64,000 nucleotides of DNA from Neoechinorhynchus agilis. Taxonomy: Eukaryota > Animalia > Acanthocephala. The position numbers and the translations under genes were made by a program. The DNA is taken from positions 10,493,480-10,557,479 of the forward strand of contig CM121342.1 in the NCBI GenBank assembly GCA_051530055.1. Reading direction: 5' to 3'. Below are positions 1-12,992 of this stretch, piece by piece. The stretch's first letter is position 1, and each line of letters begins with the position of its first letter. The notes below the pieces were generated by a model, which was not told the origin of the DNA, did no database searches, and saw only the letters and a list, made by a program, of their open reading frames with translations.

Positions 1-994
1 AACTGTTGATGGGGGAGGAATAGTAGAGTAAATGTCGGGGAAAAGGAGTTGACCGATACGAAGAATTTGGTGGCGGTTGTGTGCATCAGCGGCGACAGGA
101 TCTCCAACAAGGGCTTCAGGCATATCAGAAATAAATAAGGTGCGATTTCTATCCTCGATGGAGGATTGCATGATGCGATGGGTCGAATTCAGAGCAACGA
201 GGGATGATGGCCGGGGTGGAGAAGGCGTATCGTTACCGAAATGAATCGAAGGGTTGATTGATTTTGATGGTGTTGGCGTCAACCTTATATCCTTATAGTT
301 ATTTTCTCCTCCTTTTGCATTTTCCCAATCGTTCAGATGTTTCGTCGATCCTTTGTTCAACCGTAGCGTCCTTATTAGTTACTTCAGCTGAATTCCTTTC
401 GCTTTTCCTAGTGGTACCAAGTCCCTAGTAAATGTCGAAATATTTGCAGTCTTTAGAACACCACTCATTTCCAACAAATCTTTGCTTGAGTTTGGTATAC
501 TGATGGCATCTGGCAAACCCCTATTCTTCTTTGTGGCCTATCCACTAGTCGATTTCTGTAAACCTATAGTTTTTTCTAAGAATTACCGTTTGAAACATTT
601 TTCTGCCTCTTTGAACCGTTTGCTTTTTCCCTTCGCATTTTTTGACTTCGACCAACTGTTCACTTTTAAGAGCTTCAATTTCGAGCAGAATTGATTTCGC
701 TAATATATCCTTAACTGTACTCATCGCTTCAATTAATTAATTCTTTAGAGTTCCAGTAAGTCGTTCGGAGCACTTATTTAGTGCAACATCAAGAAGAGCG
801 GAATACTTGGCCGATTATCGTTCATTGTTAATTGGTTAGAGGACGTTGACGATAGAGAAACTTGTATGTAAATTTCAATGGTTTTAGCAGTCAAGAAAAC
901 GCACGAATGAGGCATCATTCATGCAGACATAAAACATCATCACGCTCTCGATAATGAGCTTCGCTGAGAAAAATCCATTATAGCAAAAATCTAC
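1..994 (-). mobile_element. Diverged LINE (CR1/L2-type) 5' fragment, copy A
   Basis: About 180-994 is a diverged copy of 1578-2448 (the 5' region of the LINE whose RT lies at 6-8 kb); homology stops abruptly at ...atctac (994). Confidence 0.65.
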
Positions 995-2450
995 GAGCGG
1001 TATGGATATATTCGGTATAGTAGGGAGGAGTTGACAAGTAAGAAGCGTTTTTGAAGGAAGGAAAATGCGGTGTATGATAGATGGAAAGTGATTTTGAGTT
1101 GAAGAGGACGGGAGTTATCAGAGTTTTTGTTGGAGATGCGCTGAACGGAGACGGGGGAAACAAAAAGAAAACAGGATTTGGGAAACGGTTGTTGATGGGC
1201 AATATTAAGGTGATGAATGTAGTGTTTCTGAAGGTCTAATTTGGATAATGTTATTATTTCGGAGATACCTGAGGGGAGGATGTTATGTGTAGCTCCGTAG
1301 TTGGATGAAATATTATGATAGTGTTTGTTGCTGGAGGCCTGTTGCGGTGATTGTTGAGAAAGATTGCTTTTGCGGTAGGCATGAGTGGTAGAGGTGTATG
1401 GACGTTTTCGAACTAAAGGTCTCGTGCGAAAATGTTTTTTGCGTAAATAGTCAAACAAGGTGGGGAGTTTTAAGATAGTTTGCTAAGCAGTTCTCAAAGA
1501 GTTAGGTGGCGAATTTCGGGAGGGTTGAGAAGTTTTGGAGCAGGTGGAGAGTTTTGGGAATTGTTGGGAGAGGTGGGGCGAATTCATAGCAACGAGAGAT
1601 GATGGCCGAGGTGGAGTAGGCCTATCATTACCAAAATGAATCGAAGGGTTGATTGATTTTGATAGTGTTCCTCATTTTGCTCTTGTTTCTACTCGTTCAG
1701 ACGTTTCTTCGATCTTTTGTTCAACCGTAGCTTTGTTAGTAGTACCTTCAGCTGAATTCCTTTCGCTTTTAATAGCGTTACCTTTTATCCCAGTTACAAT
1801 ATCATACTCCTTCACAGTAATTTTAGAATCATTAAGTACTACGGGCTGAATATCCTCTAAGGGTGGTACCAAATCCTTAGTAATTTTCGAAATATTCATA
1901 GACTTTTGAACACCAATTGCTTCCAATGAATCTTCATTTGAGTTTGGTATACTGATGGCATCTAGGAAAACCGTATTCTTCTTTGTGGCCACTCCACTGG
2001 TCGATTTCTGTAAACCTATAGCTTTTTCCTAGAATTTCCCTTTGTGACATTTGTCTGCATCTTTGAACCGTTTGCTTTTTTCCCTTTGCATTTTTTGACT
2101 TCGACCAACTGCTCACTTTTAAGAGTTTCAATTTCGAGCAGAATTGCTTTAGCTAATATATCCTTAACTGTACTCATCGCTTCAATTAATTAATTCTTTA
2201 GAGTTTCAGTAAGTCGTTCGGAGCACTTATTTAGTGCAACATCAAGAAGAGCGGAATACTTGGCCGATTATCGTTCATTGTTAATTGGTTAAAGGACGTT
2301 GACGAGAGAGAAACTTGTATGTGAATTTCAATGGTTTTAGCAGTCAAGAAAACGCACGAATGAAGCATAATTCATACAGACATAAAACATCATCACGCTC
2401 TCGATAATGAGCTTCGCTGAGAAAAATCCATTATAGCAAAAATCTACAAC
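995..2450 (-). mobile_element. LINE 5' fragment (copy B) containing the empty GTATG site occupied by the Gypsy element in copy C
   Basis: 995-1076 matches 8604-8685 and 1072 onward matches 13103 onward; single GTATG at 1072-1076; broken ORF1-like frames. 5' boundary approximate. Confidence 0.75.
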
Positions 2451-3319
2451 CGTATGAACACAACACGAAACAAATTCTAGACAAAGGTCATCACGGAGAA
2501 GTAGAGAGATTAAATGCAATCCTTTCAATTCACGGATATTTATACAACTTCTCACTTCTTTTCCGTCGGTGTTTTTCACGTATTGTACAAAGCACAAAAC
2601 AATGCTTCGGAAGGTCTTTATCAAGCATCACAGGATTTAAAAAAATGCTATAGGTTACCCCCAGGCCACGCCGGTAAAGCGACTAATTTAATAATAAAAC
2701 GTTTGAAGCAGTATTTTCTCCTATTCATAATTTGTTAAATAATTGAATCTGAAGAAACATTCAATAATTTAAGGCCCTGTTTCAGGATTCATTAAGCTTT
2801 AAATGTTTTTATCCCTTTATATTCGACTTTCCGCATTCGCGATAATTGATACTGGTGAAAAAATCCGGCGGTTTTGTACATGCACTATCGTAATGCTGTC
2901 CCAATCCCCGGGAAATAAATATTCGTCTAAATGAAACGCCTCGCTTTTAAAAACAATCTAACTTTTAAGCCCATCGTTTATAGAAATCGGCATAAGGATA
3001 TTGTGCAACTAAGATGACGAGTTAAATCCAACATATTTTTTCTTCAACAACTGAAATAAGGGTGATTTCACATTCTAAAAGTTCATTTGTTGGCTACATG
3101 AAAATTGATTATATGAAGCGTCAGTGTAAAGTTTCAACTACTTTTTCTATAATCTTAATCTCGAATTTCTACCAGTAACTTCTTCGTATTCCTATATTGC
3201 TATTTCTTGTTACACGTTGCAAATCGAAGCAAAATTAGATCACATTAGGAAAGGGCTCAGTTGGCATCCTTAAAAGAAATCACAGAACACGCGTTAAATC
3301 TAAAATTTTGTTTCGCAAA

Positions 3320-4273
3320 TCACGCATCAAATGTTTGGCCTCGTCCGGAAAACACCTTGAGCATGTCCAGCGGGATCGGAAATACAATAGTAGAATTATT
3401 ATCAACACTTATTGCGTTCAGAGTCTGCAAATACCGAAGTTGAATGGCAGCAGGCGAGGCACCAATAATGTCAGCCGCTTCCTTTAGGGCACTAGACGCT
3501 TGTCGTTCACCCTCCGCTGCGATTATTTTAGCCTTGGCATCTCGATCAGCTTCTGCTTCGGCAGCCATTGCTCTTTGCATTTGAGGTGGTAATTTAACAT
3601 CCGTGATTTCAACCCTCTCGATTTTAAGACCCCATTGATCAGTAACGACATCTAATCCATGTTGCATTTCACTTGCAATTCGTTCTCGGCTAGTCAGGAA
3701 TTCACTAAGGGTGAGATTTGCTACCATATTCCGAAGGGTAGTTGCGGCTAAAACAATCGTAGATGCTCTGGCATTTTCAACTCTAACAACGCTTAGAATT
3801 GGATTAAACACCCGCGAATATAAAACCGCATCTACTCCGATGGTAACGGAATCTTTGGTAAGGACTTCTTGTGCCGGTATGTTCAAATTAATGGTTCTGA
3901 GGTCAACAGTGACAATCGTGTCAAGGAATGGGATTGTAAAGAATAATCCAGGTCCTTTAGCGGTATCTCCTGATAGTTTTCCAAGTCGAAACAATACTGC
4001 TCGCTCGTACTGACGGACAACACGAACTGATATAAAGATAGTTATAGGAAATACACGAGTCGTTCATCGCTGTGATCTCGGATGAGCGTCTCATTTTAAA
4101 AGAATTGAAACGAGTGTTACCAAACCGATTATAATCACTCTGGCAGCCTTCGTAAATGCGCCTGAATCATCATTATCATCCATTGGTTCAACAACGTGTG
4201 CACCAGCTCCCGTCTCATGCTGTTTGGGCGCATCTACAAATGCATCCATCTCAATTACCTGGTCCTTTTCCAT
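3320..4273 (-). CDS. STOM: Stomatin / band-7 (SPFH) protein, copy 1; interrupted at 4055-4111 (non-canonical intron or lesion)
   Basis: FPITIFISVRVVRQYERAVLFRLG, VDLRT, QEVLTKDSVT, RAMAAEAEA, LQLRYLQTL-type motif (IQLRYLQTL), TIVFPIP. ORFs 4091-4273 and 3320-3994 are in the same frame but separated by two TGA codons. Confidence 0.9.
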
Positions 4274-5759
4274 TTCGTCTAGAAAGTAATCGGATTAAAG
4301 ATTGCGAGATCATTGCAGCGAAGGGGTAATAAAGATAGTCGATTCGCTGAGGAAGTGCGCATTGCTTCGAACTTGATACCAATGTATATTTTGACATATA
4401 GTTTATGATACAAACGACTTGGGTGTACGTTCGCGGTTTGATCAGATAGGTTATATACTCTAGCTACCCAGCAAGCGAGTCGACCAACACTAAACATATT
4501 TTATCAATAGAAATCCGGGATAAGGTCAAGGATAAGACTTATAGCGAGAACGTGAAGGCATGTGAACGAACTATTTAACATATCATTACGCTGAAAACAT
4601 ACATTTGTCACAAGACTACATTTACACTAGAAAATGACTAAGACTTTTCATATTCGTAAGACTTTCCATGAGGTTGTTGCTAAACAGTCTGAAGGGCTAA
4701 ACCGAAAAGATGTTTTTCGACTATTGGAAATTAGCCGAATGAAGTTATGAAGGAAGGCGACATGGAATAATTTTAAGACAATGGATACTTGTTGAACCTA
4801 TAATCTTATCGGGATTTCGTAACAACTATTTATGGTAATGTTGATATGTGAAGAGGTACCGAGGTTAACGATTAGAAGTGTTTGTTAGGTATTCACCCCG
4901 TATCTCATCGGGTTCATTATAAGTATGACATCGGTTTCCGAAATGTCTTTAATAAAAATATTATTCACCAGGTAAAGACCTAAACAACACTTTTGATTTA
5001 TGGTAACTTTTGTGTTAACTTTTTCGTCAAAAGAGAAAAATCCTAAATTTACTGATGACTTCACATGGATAACAAGAGAGATATATAGTCGACCGTTGAT
5101 TTTTTAAGTTGTTTTTCGTTTGCATATAAAGTACAATATTTCCATATTTTGCACATTTAAGAAAGCATACCGTCCCGTGCAACATCTTTGGTACATTGTG
5201 TCTCATTTCTGTCATTAGTCAACCAAATCACAACTTTTTAAAGATTTAAATTTGAAGTCAATCGCGCCTGCATTATCTACGAGCATGATCTTGTCGTTTG
5301 AAGGAGGTGACTTAGGGCCATAGCTAAGAGCTTTGAGACACGATACCCAGGGTCGTTCACCGCGGAAATGATCGACCTGCACTTCAGCAATGACCCGTGG
5401 GAACTTCTGACATCTTCTGCGTTTTGATCATTGGGTGCATTACTGGCGCATGCAATGGTCCTCGGATGTAGGCGTTAAACGCTTTGAATTGGCACCAAAC
5501 AATCACTTTGCGAAATGCGAAATTCATTTCATTACGGCGTTTACTATCATTGACAATCAATGGCACCACGAACATAAACAATCTCTTTTTTTAAAGGTTC
5601 CCATAAAATTGCAGAAATGAAATTTATTGTTTGCAAAGCTTCGGACCATGAACATTGCAGAAATATCTAAACAGTTAAAACGTGAGGTGCTTTTAGGATC
5701 CAGAATGAATTGACAAGATAAAATTAGCCATCAACAAGAAAAAACGGTCCTTTTTCGGT

Positions 5760-8685
5760 TTTTTAACACATTTTTATTGATACAAACAGAGAAACCATGT
5801 ACCTCCGGATCCTTTTCGTGAGCGCTCGAGTTCTTATTTGTCAAACGAATGCGGTTGTTTATTTTGAAGAGGATTAAGGGTTCGGTGATGTGGGAGTATC
5901 CGTTCGAGGGGATGCCCGTTCGTACGTCAATATCCGGTTCTGGGGATGCCCGTTTGTTGGAGATTCATTTGATTTTGGTTGGTTAATTGTTAGTTGTTGT
6001 TGTCTTCCCGTCCTTCCTCCGAATTAATTCGCATTTGGAGGATTGAGCAGTGGAGAAGAAAGAGCGGAGGTACAGATTTGTGCGAGGAACTGAAGGATGG
6101 AAAATGTTGGGGCGACGAGTGTTGAAACTGTGATTAAAAGGAGAAATGTGTTGTAGAAATTGAAAAGGAGGAAGAGAACGAAGGCTTTTGAGTGCTTTTG
6201 AAAGATTGGAGAAGGATGTTGGTTTGGAGGAGCAGATTAGAGCGCACTTCTTGTGAAATTGCAGAATGTTGGATATGCGCGTAGGTCAGCGATGGTAGGA
6301 TGGCGGATATATAGAAGTACTTAAGGTCTTTGGATGATAACCCAAGGAATCGGAGGCGTTTAATAAGATAGAACTTGATGGACTCTTTATGCAACACAAT
6401 TGATATGCGCTTGTCCCACTTTAGATTTTTCTGAAAATGAAGACCAAGTATACGAACAGAGGAGACACGATTGATAGGAAAAGGAAAAAGTGGTTGATCG
6501 GAAGGCTATTTGAGATTGAGGGGACGATTTCAAAACACTTGGTTAAGTTAAGGGTAAGACATTTAGAGGAGCAAAATGCTTGAACGTGATAAATCTCGTT
6601 AGAAGTAATTGAGAGTTAGAAGAAGGCGTATGTATGCGTAATGATTGTAAGATCATCAGTATACAAAAAGTATTTAGAATAAGAAGAGGATGGAATAAGA
6701 TCGCCAAAGAAAATGTTGAAAAAAAAGGGGGGAGAGGACAGCCCCTTGGGGAACTTCCTTCTTGATCGCTAAGGTGTTCCAGGCGATGCTCCCTATTTCT
6801 ACAATTTGTAATCTATTGTTTAGAAAGGAATTCAACCATTTGATTCACCAGGCGGCAAGACCAAATTTAGAACATGTATCAAGGAGAGGACTGTGATAGA
6901 CTATGAATGTCGATCTGGATGAGTCGCGAGATAAATAAAGGTTGTGCGTCGAGATTATGGAGAAGAGAATCGTAGATGCAACGAAGGGCATCCGTACAAG
7001 AAAAGATGGGCCGGAAACCGAATTGAATGGATGAAATTTTTCGATTGAAGATTGACAGAAGGTGTGCTTTAAAGCATATCTCTAACACTTTAGAGAAGGA
7101 AGATAAGATAGAGATGGGTCGAAAACTTGAGGTGGATATAAGTTTACCCGCTTTCGGGAGCAGGGTTACCCGAGCTGTTTTAAAGCAATTAGGGAAGATT
7201 CCGATCTTGAAACTTTGGTTGATTATATGGGTAAGTGGATCAATCAAATCTGGGATGATGAAGCGTAGAGCCCAGTTGGGAATGGGAGAGTTAGGAGATG
7301 ATTTGCGTGATAATTTCCGAAGAAGCATGAGGATATTATACGTGGAAATCATGGTAAGTGAAGCTGTAGAAGCTGAGAACGGTGGTGTAGATCTGGAAGG
7401 GGATGGTGATTTGTTTGTGTTCGAATGAGAGTCACAAAGTTGCGCATTGATAGAGTTTAGTGTAGAAAGGAGGTCGGAGTTTGATAGGTTAAAGAAAGGT
7501 TTTTGTCTTTCCATGCATAGGGCACTTTTCGTGTTTTTCCACCAGAGGTGAGTGGGAGAGGAGGCGAGTTTATATGCAAGAAAGGTCTTGCTCGAGTTGA
7601 GAATGTGATGCGCAAGCGAGGATTGGAGGCGGGGGAAATCAGAATTGCATTCGTGGTATGCTTTATTCACCTTTGAAGCATTTTTAAGAAAGGGGCACCC
7701 AAAGTGGGTCTCGACTGGAAAAGCGAATAATTTTCCATCTCTCTTGTCCCAGACCGGGAGAGGGGATTATTGCGCAATGGTCTAAAGATGAGATTGGAGG
7801 TAGTTTTTAGCATCCTCGTATTTGTGAATGTTGGTAAAGATTTTATCGAGATGTGGGGGGTGGCGGGTAGGAAAGTTTACTAACTGGACGAAGTCAAGGA
7901 GAGATAGTGATGTAGGAAGATTATTGAAATCGCCAAGAATGATTCGATGTTCAAGACCAAGGGAGTGAAGATTTGATATCAGTGCATCAATCTCCTGCGA
8001 TGCCATTTGTAGATTGGCTGAGGGAAAACGATAGATACCGATAATGGTTAAATTTCGGCTGTACGAATGGAGTTTGAGAGAGAGCGTTATGTAGATATAC
8101 TCTAAGCATGGTGATTGGTAAGGAGTTGAGGGGGGGAGGGAGTAATAGAGGGCGGAGCGAATGAAATTGGAATCTCCGCCTCCTTCGCATTCTTCTCTGT
8201 AAGAGTGGTAAGACGTTTAGCCAGGGATCAAGGCGATGTCGGAATTCGAGGAGTGCAGCCATCTTTTCACAATGGTAGTGGCTAAAAGTGAAAGATGATC
8301 TATTTTTGGTAAGACTTCTTATGCCAATGAAAATAATGGAGGGAAATGGCTGGTTGAACGAGCTTGAACGGGGATGTAGTTTGCGGGAGTTGGCTGATGG
8401 AAGAGTTGGGTGGATATGCTTCTGAGCGGATTTTGAGCGAGTGGCAATGTTTGATTCTGCCAACGTACAGTGGAGATTTTCGGAGGTGTCCAAAAATTTA
8501 CATGTGAGTTCTGAGAGTAGATTTGGCTTGTAATAAGTTACTGGAAGGGGAGAGAATACAGCTATGCATAGGCGAATGATTGATGGAGTTAATAGTTTGA
8601 AGTGAGCGGTATGGATATATTCGGTATAGTAGGGAGGAGTTGACAAGTAAGAAGCGTTTTTGAAGGAAGGAGGATGCGGTGTATG
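5760..8685 (-). mobile_element. Decayed CR1/L2-type LINE copy C, 3' part (APE endonuclease + RT pseudogene)
   Basis: IILGDFN...PTRH..LDKIFTN (APE, 7782-8006); FKTARVTLLPK...FRPISILSSFSKVLE...QFGFR (6879-7670); VPQGAVLSPLFF and FLYTDD near 6650-6760; stops and frameshifts; AATAAA on minus near 5775. 3' boundary approximate. Confidence 0.85.
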
Positions 8686-8804
8686 TGTTGACATGGTGGA
8701 TGAACCAAACAGCGGACCAGTTTATTTCAACAAAACTGTTTTTGTACGACACACACTATTTTATGCCCATTTACGCTAGCCCAATCAATAGCGTACTTAC
8801 CACA
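8686..8804 (-). repeat. 3' LTR (119 bp)
   Basis: Direct repeat of 12984-13102 with 4 mismatches; preceded on the minus strand by a polypurine tract (8805-8815, GGGGGAGGAAA). Confidence 0.95.
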
Positions 8805-9112
8805 TTTCCTCCCCCGCAAATTCCTAACCTATTTTGCGGTATTCGTCGTACGGCCGTATAGGAGGCCTCCGATGACGTTGACTTCTCCTTAAGAAAGGTG
8901 TTGCGTGCTCTCGGTCTTCGTTTTTCTTTAACTTCGGCTGCACCTCGGTCTGCCCTGATTTCGTGACTTCACCTCCATCTTCTGCATCAAACTCTACCTT
9001 CCTTTGAAGTTCTTCCTCTTCAACCTTTATGCTTACATTATCCTTTTCTTGTTCACATTCTTCTTCCCTTTTCCTCACGAAATCCCCGTGCGCCCTATTT
9101 TGCGTTCCGTTT

Positions 9113-11917
9113 TTATCCACGATTCGATAGGACACCGGTCCTGATCGTTGCTCCACGACTCGCTTTGCCATTTCCCAGCTCTTCCTTTTTTCCACCACAC
9201 TTCATTGCCTTCCCCAAACTCGCGATATGCCCATGCGGTCTCTGCCTCTGTCTTCGCGCTGTCCTGTCTCGCACTGTTTCCTCTGTATTTGGTCTGATAT
9301 TGTCGAACACTGTATTCATCCTCCTCCCTAACATCATTTCTGCTGGACCTTTTCCTGTGATTGCATGAGGCGTGTTTCGGTATGTTTGTAGAAATTCCGT
9401 AAGTGCCCTTCGAGTATCCATTCCTTCCCCTGCCATTCCGCGTCGTTTAAGGGTTCCTATGAATCGTTCTACCAACCCATTCGTTTGTGGGTGGTAAGGA
9501 CTCGCCTTTATGATCTCGATCCCATTTTCTTCGCAAAACGCCTTGAACTGTTGCGACATAAATTGAGGCCCGTTATCGCTCACAATTTTCTTTGGAGTCC
9601 CGAATCGAGCAAATGTTTCCCTCATCCGATCGATCACCATTTCGGATGTTATTTTGCATGTATTGAAGAACCAAACCTCGGGCCACTTACTCCTTGCATC
9701 TAGGATCGCCAAATACATCTTGGAGTTTGTCGGTCCCGCCAAATCGATGTACACGCGCTCCCACACTTCCGCCGGATAGTCCCAAGATATAAGCGGCAGT
9801 TGTTGAATATTTGGTCGGGCTATTTGGCACCTTTCGCAACCTTCTACCTTCCGCCGTATGTCATCCTCTATACGGGGCCACCATGCGTAATATCGGCATA
9901 GAGCTTTTGTGCCTTCAATTCCTGAATGACCACGATGTAACATATCTAACACTTCCTTTCTCAGAGAAAATGGGATGACAATTCTTTGTAAGTGCATGAC
10001 AATGCCGTTTTCGCAGGATAACTCACCTGCTCGGGCAGCGAACTGCCTGACCGTATCGAGTATCGTTTTCGGCCATCCGAGCTGCAAATATCGTCCAATC
10101 CTTACCAGTTGACGATCTTTAATCGATTCCGCTTTCAATCTTGACTTCGTTAAACCGCAAGCCTCCACCTTCTCCTCTTGCACCATTCGTAGCGTTATTG
10201 TCTCCTCCTCTGAGTATTTCTGCTTTGGTGGGTCTACCGGAAATCTCGACAAAAAATCAGCACATTTGTTCTCGACCCCTTGAACATATTCGATCTCAAA
10301 GTCGTATTGATTCAAGAACAGGCCCCAGCGTACCAGTCGATTATTCGTCATCTTGGACAAATCTCTCCGCATTCCAAAAATATGCTTCAGGGGTTTGTGA
10401 TCGGTCTCTAAGATGAATCGATGTCCATATAAGAATTGGTGGAACCTCTTGATCGAGCTGACGATTGCTAAAGCTTCCTTTTCTATAGCCGCGTATTTCT
10501 TTTCCGCTGAGGTAAGTGTCCGGGATACAAACATGATCGGTTCTTTGCTCCCATCTTCCTTCTTATGGAACAATCCCGCACCAATTCCTTCTTCGCTTGC
10601 GTCGCATGTCAGCACAGTCATTCTTTTGATATAGAAAGGTACTAAGACCTTGTGATTTTGGACCGCTCGCTTTACTCCATCGAAGATGTCCTTCTCATAC
10701 TTTCTCCATTTCCACGGAACTCCTTGTTTCAGTAACGCATACAATCCCCTGCAGTGAGATTGCAATTCGGGAATGAAGCGTTCTAGATAGTTGACCATAC
10801 CGATGAACGACTTAAGCTCTTTTTTATTTCGTGGGTATCGCGCCGGCGTTATCGCAGTCACCTTTTCTCCTTGCGGTTTTATTTTCCCGTCTTCTAAGCT
10901 GTGCCCCAAATATCTCACCTGTGCTTCCATAAATCTACATTTATCTCTTTTGATGCCTATCCCTGCCTCCTCAAGTCGCTCGAGCACTGCCTTTAAATTT
11001 TGGAGATGTTCTGCGTCATTCTTTCCGGAGATGATTATATCGTCGAGATAAGCTCCGGTACTTGGGATATCTATCAACAAATTGTCTATAAATTTCTGGA
11101 ATATCTGCGGAGCGCAACTTAGTCCGAACGGCATCCTCCGGTACCGGAACAATCCCCATGGAGTCGATATATTTAGGAGTTTCCTATGGTCGTCTGCCAC
11201 CTCTAACTGCAAGTAAGCATCCGATAAATCAATAGTAGAGTACTTCTTGCCATTCCCCAATCTCTGTAGCATGTCGTCGAAAGTTGGCATATGATAGCTG
11301 TCCTGCCTTAAAGCTTTATTGACGGTGATTCTGAAATCCGCACAGATTCGTATTTGTCCATTACTTTTCTTCGTGATGACCATAGGGGTTCCCCATTCTA
11401 AATTTGTGTCGCCTGTCTCCACTCGTTCCAATACCCCCTTGTTCGTCAATCGTTCCATTTCTTTAACTACCGCATCCTGTAATGCCCATGGCACTCTCCT
11501 CGCTGGTATCCACGTGGGCTGAGCACCGTCTGCAATCGGCAGTGTTACTCTGAAATTCCTGATGGGGGTACACTTCTCCTCGAAAAGTACTTCAAACTGT
11601 TTTAGCATCTCATCCACTGACTCCTGTACGGTCTTTATTCCCCTGACGATCACTGAAGGGGGTAACTCCATATCAAACAGCTTTATCCAGTCAATCCCCC
11701 ATAAACATCCCTTCGTTCCTTTTACCACGTGCACCACTGTATTCTTCTTTATCCCTCTTGTTTCGATTCTCACTTTGCACTTGCCCAGACAGTCTATTTC
11801 GGATCCTCCAAACGCCTTCAATCGCTTCGTCGCTTTCAAACTCGGCTTTCCGATCTTATTCCACATATCCTCGTCGATGATACTAACTTCCGCCCCAGTA
11901 TCAAAATTCATTGTCAC
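9113..11917 (-). CDS. Gypsy pol polyprotein (protease, RT, RNase H, integrase)
   Basis: 934 aa ORF: FDTGA protease, YLDDII RT, CDASEEGIGA RNase H, H-x6-H...C-x2-C and D,D(35)E integrase (IDLAGP, SDNGPQF, NGLVERF); probable frameshift near the C-terminus into 8824-9198. Confidence 0.95.
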   Translation of the reverse strand: MTMNFDTGAEVSIIDEDMWNKIGKPSLKATKRLKAFGGSEIDCLGKCKVRIETRGIKKNTVVHVVKGTKGCLWGIDWIKLFDMELPPSVIVRGIKTVQESVDEMLKQFEVLFEEKCTPIRNFRVTLPIADGAQPTWIPARRVPWALQDAVVKEMERLTNKGVLERVETGDTNLEWGTPMVITKKSNGQIRICADFRITVNKALRQDSYHMPTFDDMLQRLGNGKKYSTIDLSDAYLQLEVADDHRKLLNISTPWGLFRYRRMPFGLSCAPQIFQKFIDNLLIDIPSTGAYLDDIIISGKNDAEHLQNLKAVLERLEEAGIGIKRDKCRFMEAQVRYLGHSLEDGKIKPQGEKVTAITPARYPRNKKELKSFIGMVNYLERFIPELQSHCRGLYALLKQGVPWKWRKYEKDIFDGVKRAVQNHKVLVPFYIKRMTVLTCDASEEGIGAGLFHKKEDGSKEPIMFVSRTLTSAEKKYAAIEKEALAIVSSIKRFHQFLYGHRFILETDHKPLKHIFGMRRDLSKMTNNRLVRWGLFLNQYDFEIEYVQGVENKCADFLSRFPVDPPKQKYSEEETITLRMVQEEKVEACGLTKSRLKAESIKDRQLVRIGRYLQLGWPKTILDTVRQFAARAGELSCENGIVMHLQRIVIPFSLRKEVLDMLHRGHSGIEGTKALCRYYAWWPRIEDDIRRKVEGCERCQIARPNIQQLPLISWDYPAEVWERVYIDLAGPTNSKMYLAILDARSKWPEVWFFNTCKITSEMVIDRMRETFARFGTPKKIVSDNGPQFMSQQFKAFCEENGIEIIKASPYHPQTNGLVERFIGTLKRRGMAGEGMDTRRALTEFLQTYRNTPHAITGKGPAEMMLGRRMNTVFDNIRPNTEETVRDRTARRQRQRPHGHIASLGKAMKCGGKKEELGNGKASRGATIRTGVLSNRG

Positions 11918-12017
11918 TTGACATCCATCGACCCTCGCCGTTATTTCTGCTCGATTACCCTCGTCATTTGCAGTGCAGATCAGCCCATAACAACCATAAT
12001 CTTTCTTAAGTTCCCAC

Positions 12018-12992
12018 TCATCCTCTAGGCTGCACTCCTTTTACCGCTTCTACTTGTCTCACCCCCGCTTTTCTACATATTCGGGCAAAATGTCCGCTAA
12101 TACCACACTTGTAACATTTTCCTCTACTTGCCGGACATTGAACTTTATCTCGATGAACGAATCCGCACTTTCCGCATCGATTACCGAACTTCTCTTTCGG
12201 TTCTTGTACTCGCTTATCCTCTGATTTCCTTGTGAACCTTTGACTTCTTATTATTCGATCAACCTCGACCTCTCCTCTTTGATCCGAACGCTCGTTACTT
12301 TTTGAATCACATAACAGCTCACTCGCCTTTTCTGCTACCTCGATCGTTTCGGCAATCTTTAAGACTTCCTCCAATGATGCTGAATCCTTGCCTTGCATCG
12401 CAGCTTTTCTTAAAGCTTTCGAGGGTGTCGCCACGATTATATGATCTTTAATCCTTTCGTCGACCGCTGATCATTCATCCTTAACTTCCTTGTTGTAGAA
12501 ACCGCATCCTCGTGCAGCTCCTCTTAGTGCTGTAGCCCACTCGGCGTGAGTTTGTCCTTCTGCTTTACGACATGTACTAAAGAGGTAGCGCGCCGTTATC
12601 TGGTGCATTGGCTGTGCTACGTGAGCGTCAATCAGCGACTTGACATCTACATAGCTGACTTCGTCGAACGGTCGGCCGGCTACCATCTTCTTTAGCTCTG
12701 TTTAAATCTTTGGACCCATCCAGGCCAATAGACAGGATCTACGCTTTTTTCGTCGCTTTCTTTGATTCCATTGATTTCCATGTGGGCTTCGGCTTGTTCT
12801 ACGTACTCGGCCCAGTTCTCGACTCCATCGAAAGTGCGGAATGGGGGGTATCTGTGCTCCCCGTATCACATTTTTCTGTTCAATCTGGGCCTTGGACACC
12901 ATTTTGAACATCTCTTCCATCCACACCTTTTGCTGTCCCATGATACCCTCCATCCATGTCTTCCATTTGTCCTCGTCGCCAGATGTTGACAT
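12018..12992 (-). pseudogene. Gypsy gag, fragmented
   Basis: Three ORF pieces (12702-12992, 12471-12686, 12018-12434); CGKCGFVH...C and CYKCGISGHFARIC knuckles. Confidence 0.85.
12970..12981 (-). promoter_or_regulatory. Primer-binding site, complementary to tRNA-Ser(GCU) 3' end
   Basis: TGGCGACGAGGA 2 nt inside the 5' LTR; matches the eukaryotic tRNA-Ser(GCU) end ...TCCTCGTCGCCA (recalled, not searched). Confidence 0.75.

Larger units (their letters stand above)
995..5541 (+). repeat. Segmental duplication, copy 1
   Basis: 1072-5541 matches 13103-17572 at a constant offset of 12,031 bp (identical ORF tracks); about ten substitutions seen by eye; identity ends after cattacggcgtt. Confidence 0.95.

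Noticed and set aside
4064-4093. TGA reassignment or selenocysteine readthrough in stomatin
   Set aside because: TGA terminates tubulin and YPEL here, and readthrough would place polar residues inside the membrane hairpin.
5280-5520. Possible ncRNA in a GC-richer patch
   Set aside because: No tRNA, snRNA or rRNA motif recognised; a broken minus-strand frame suggests a TE remnant.
7027-7428. 133 aa plus-strand ORF
   Set aside because: Antisense shadow of the LINE RT; the same applies to the short plus-strand ORFs over Gypsy pol, stomatin, PNP and SLC12.
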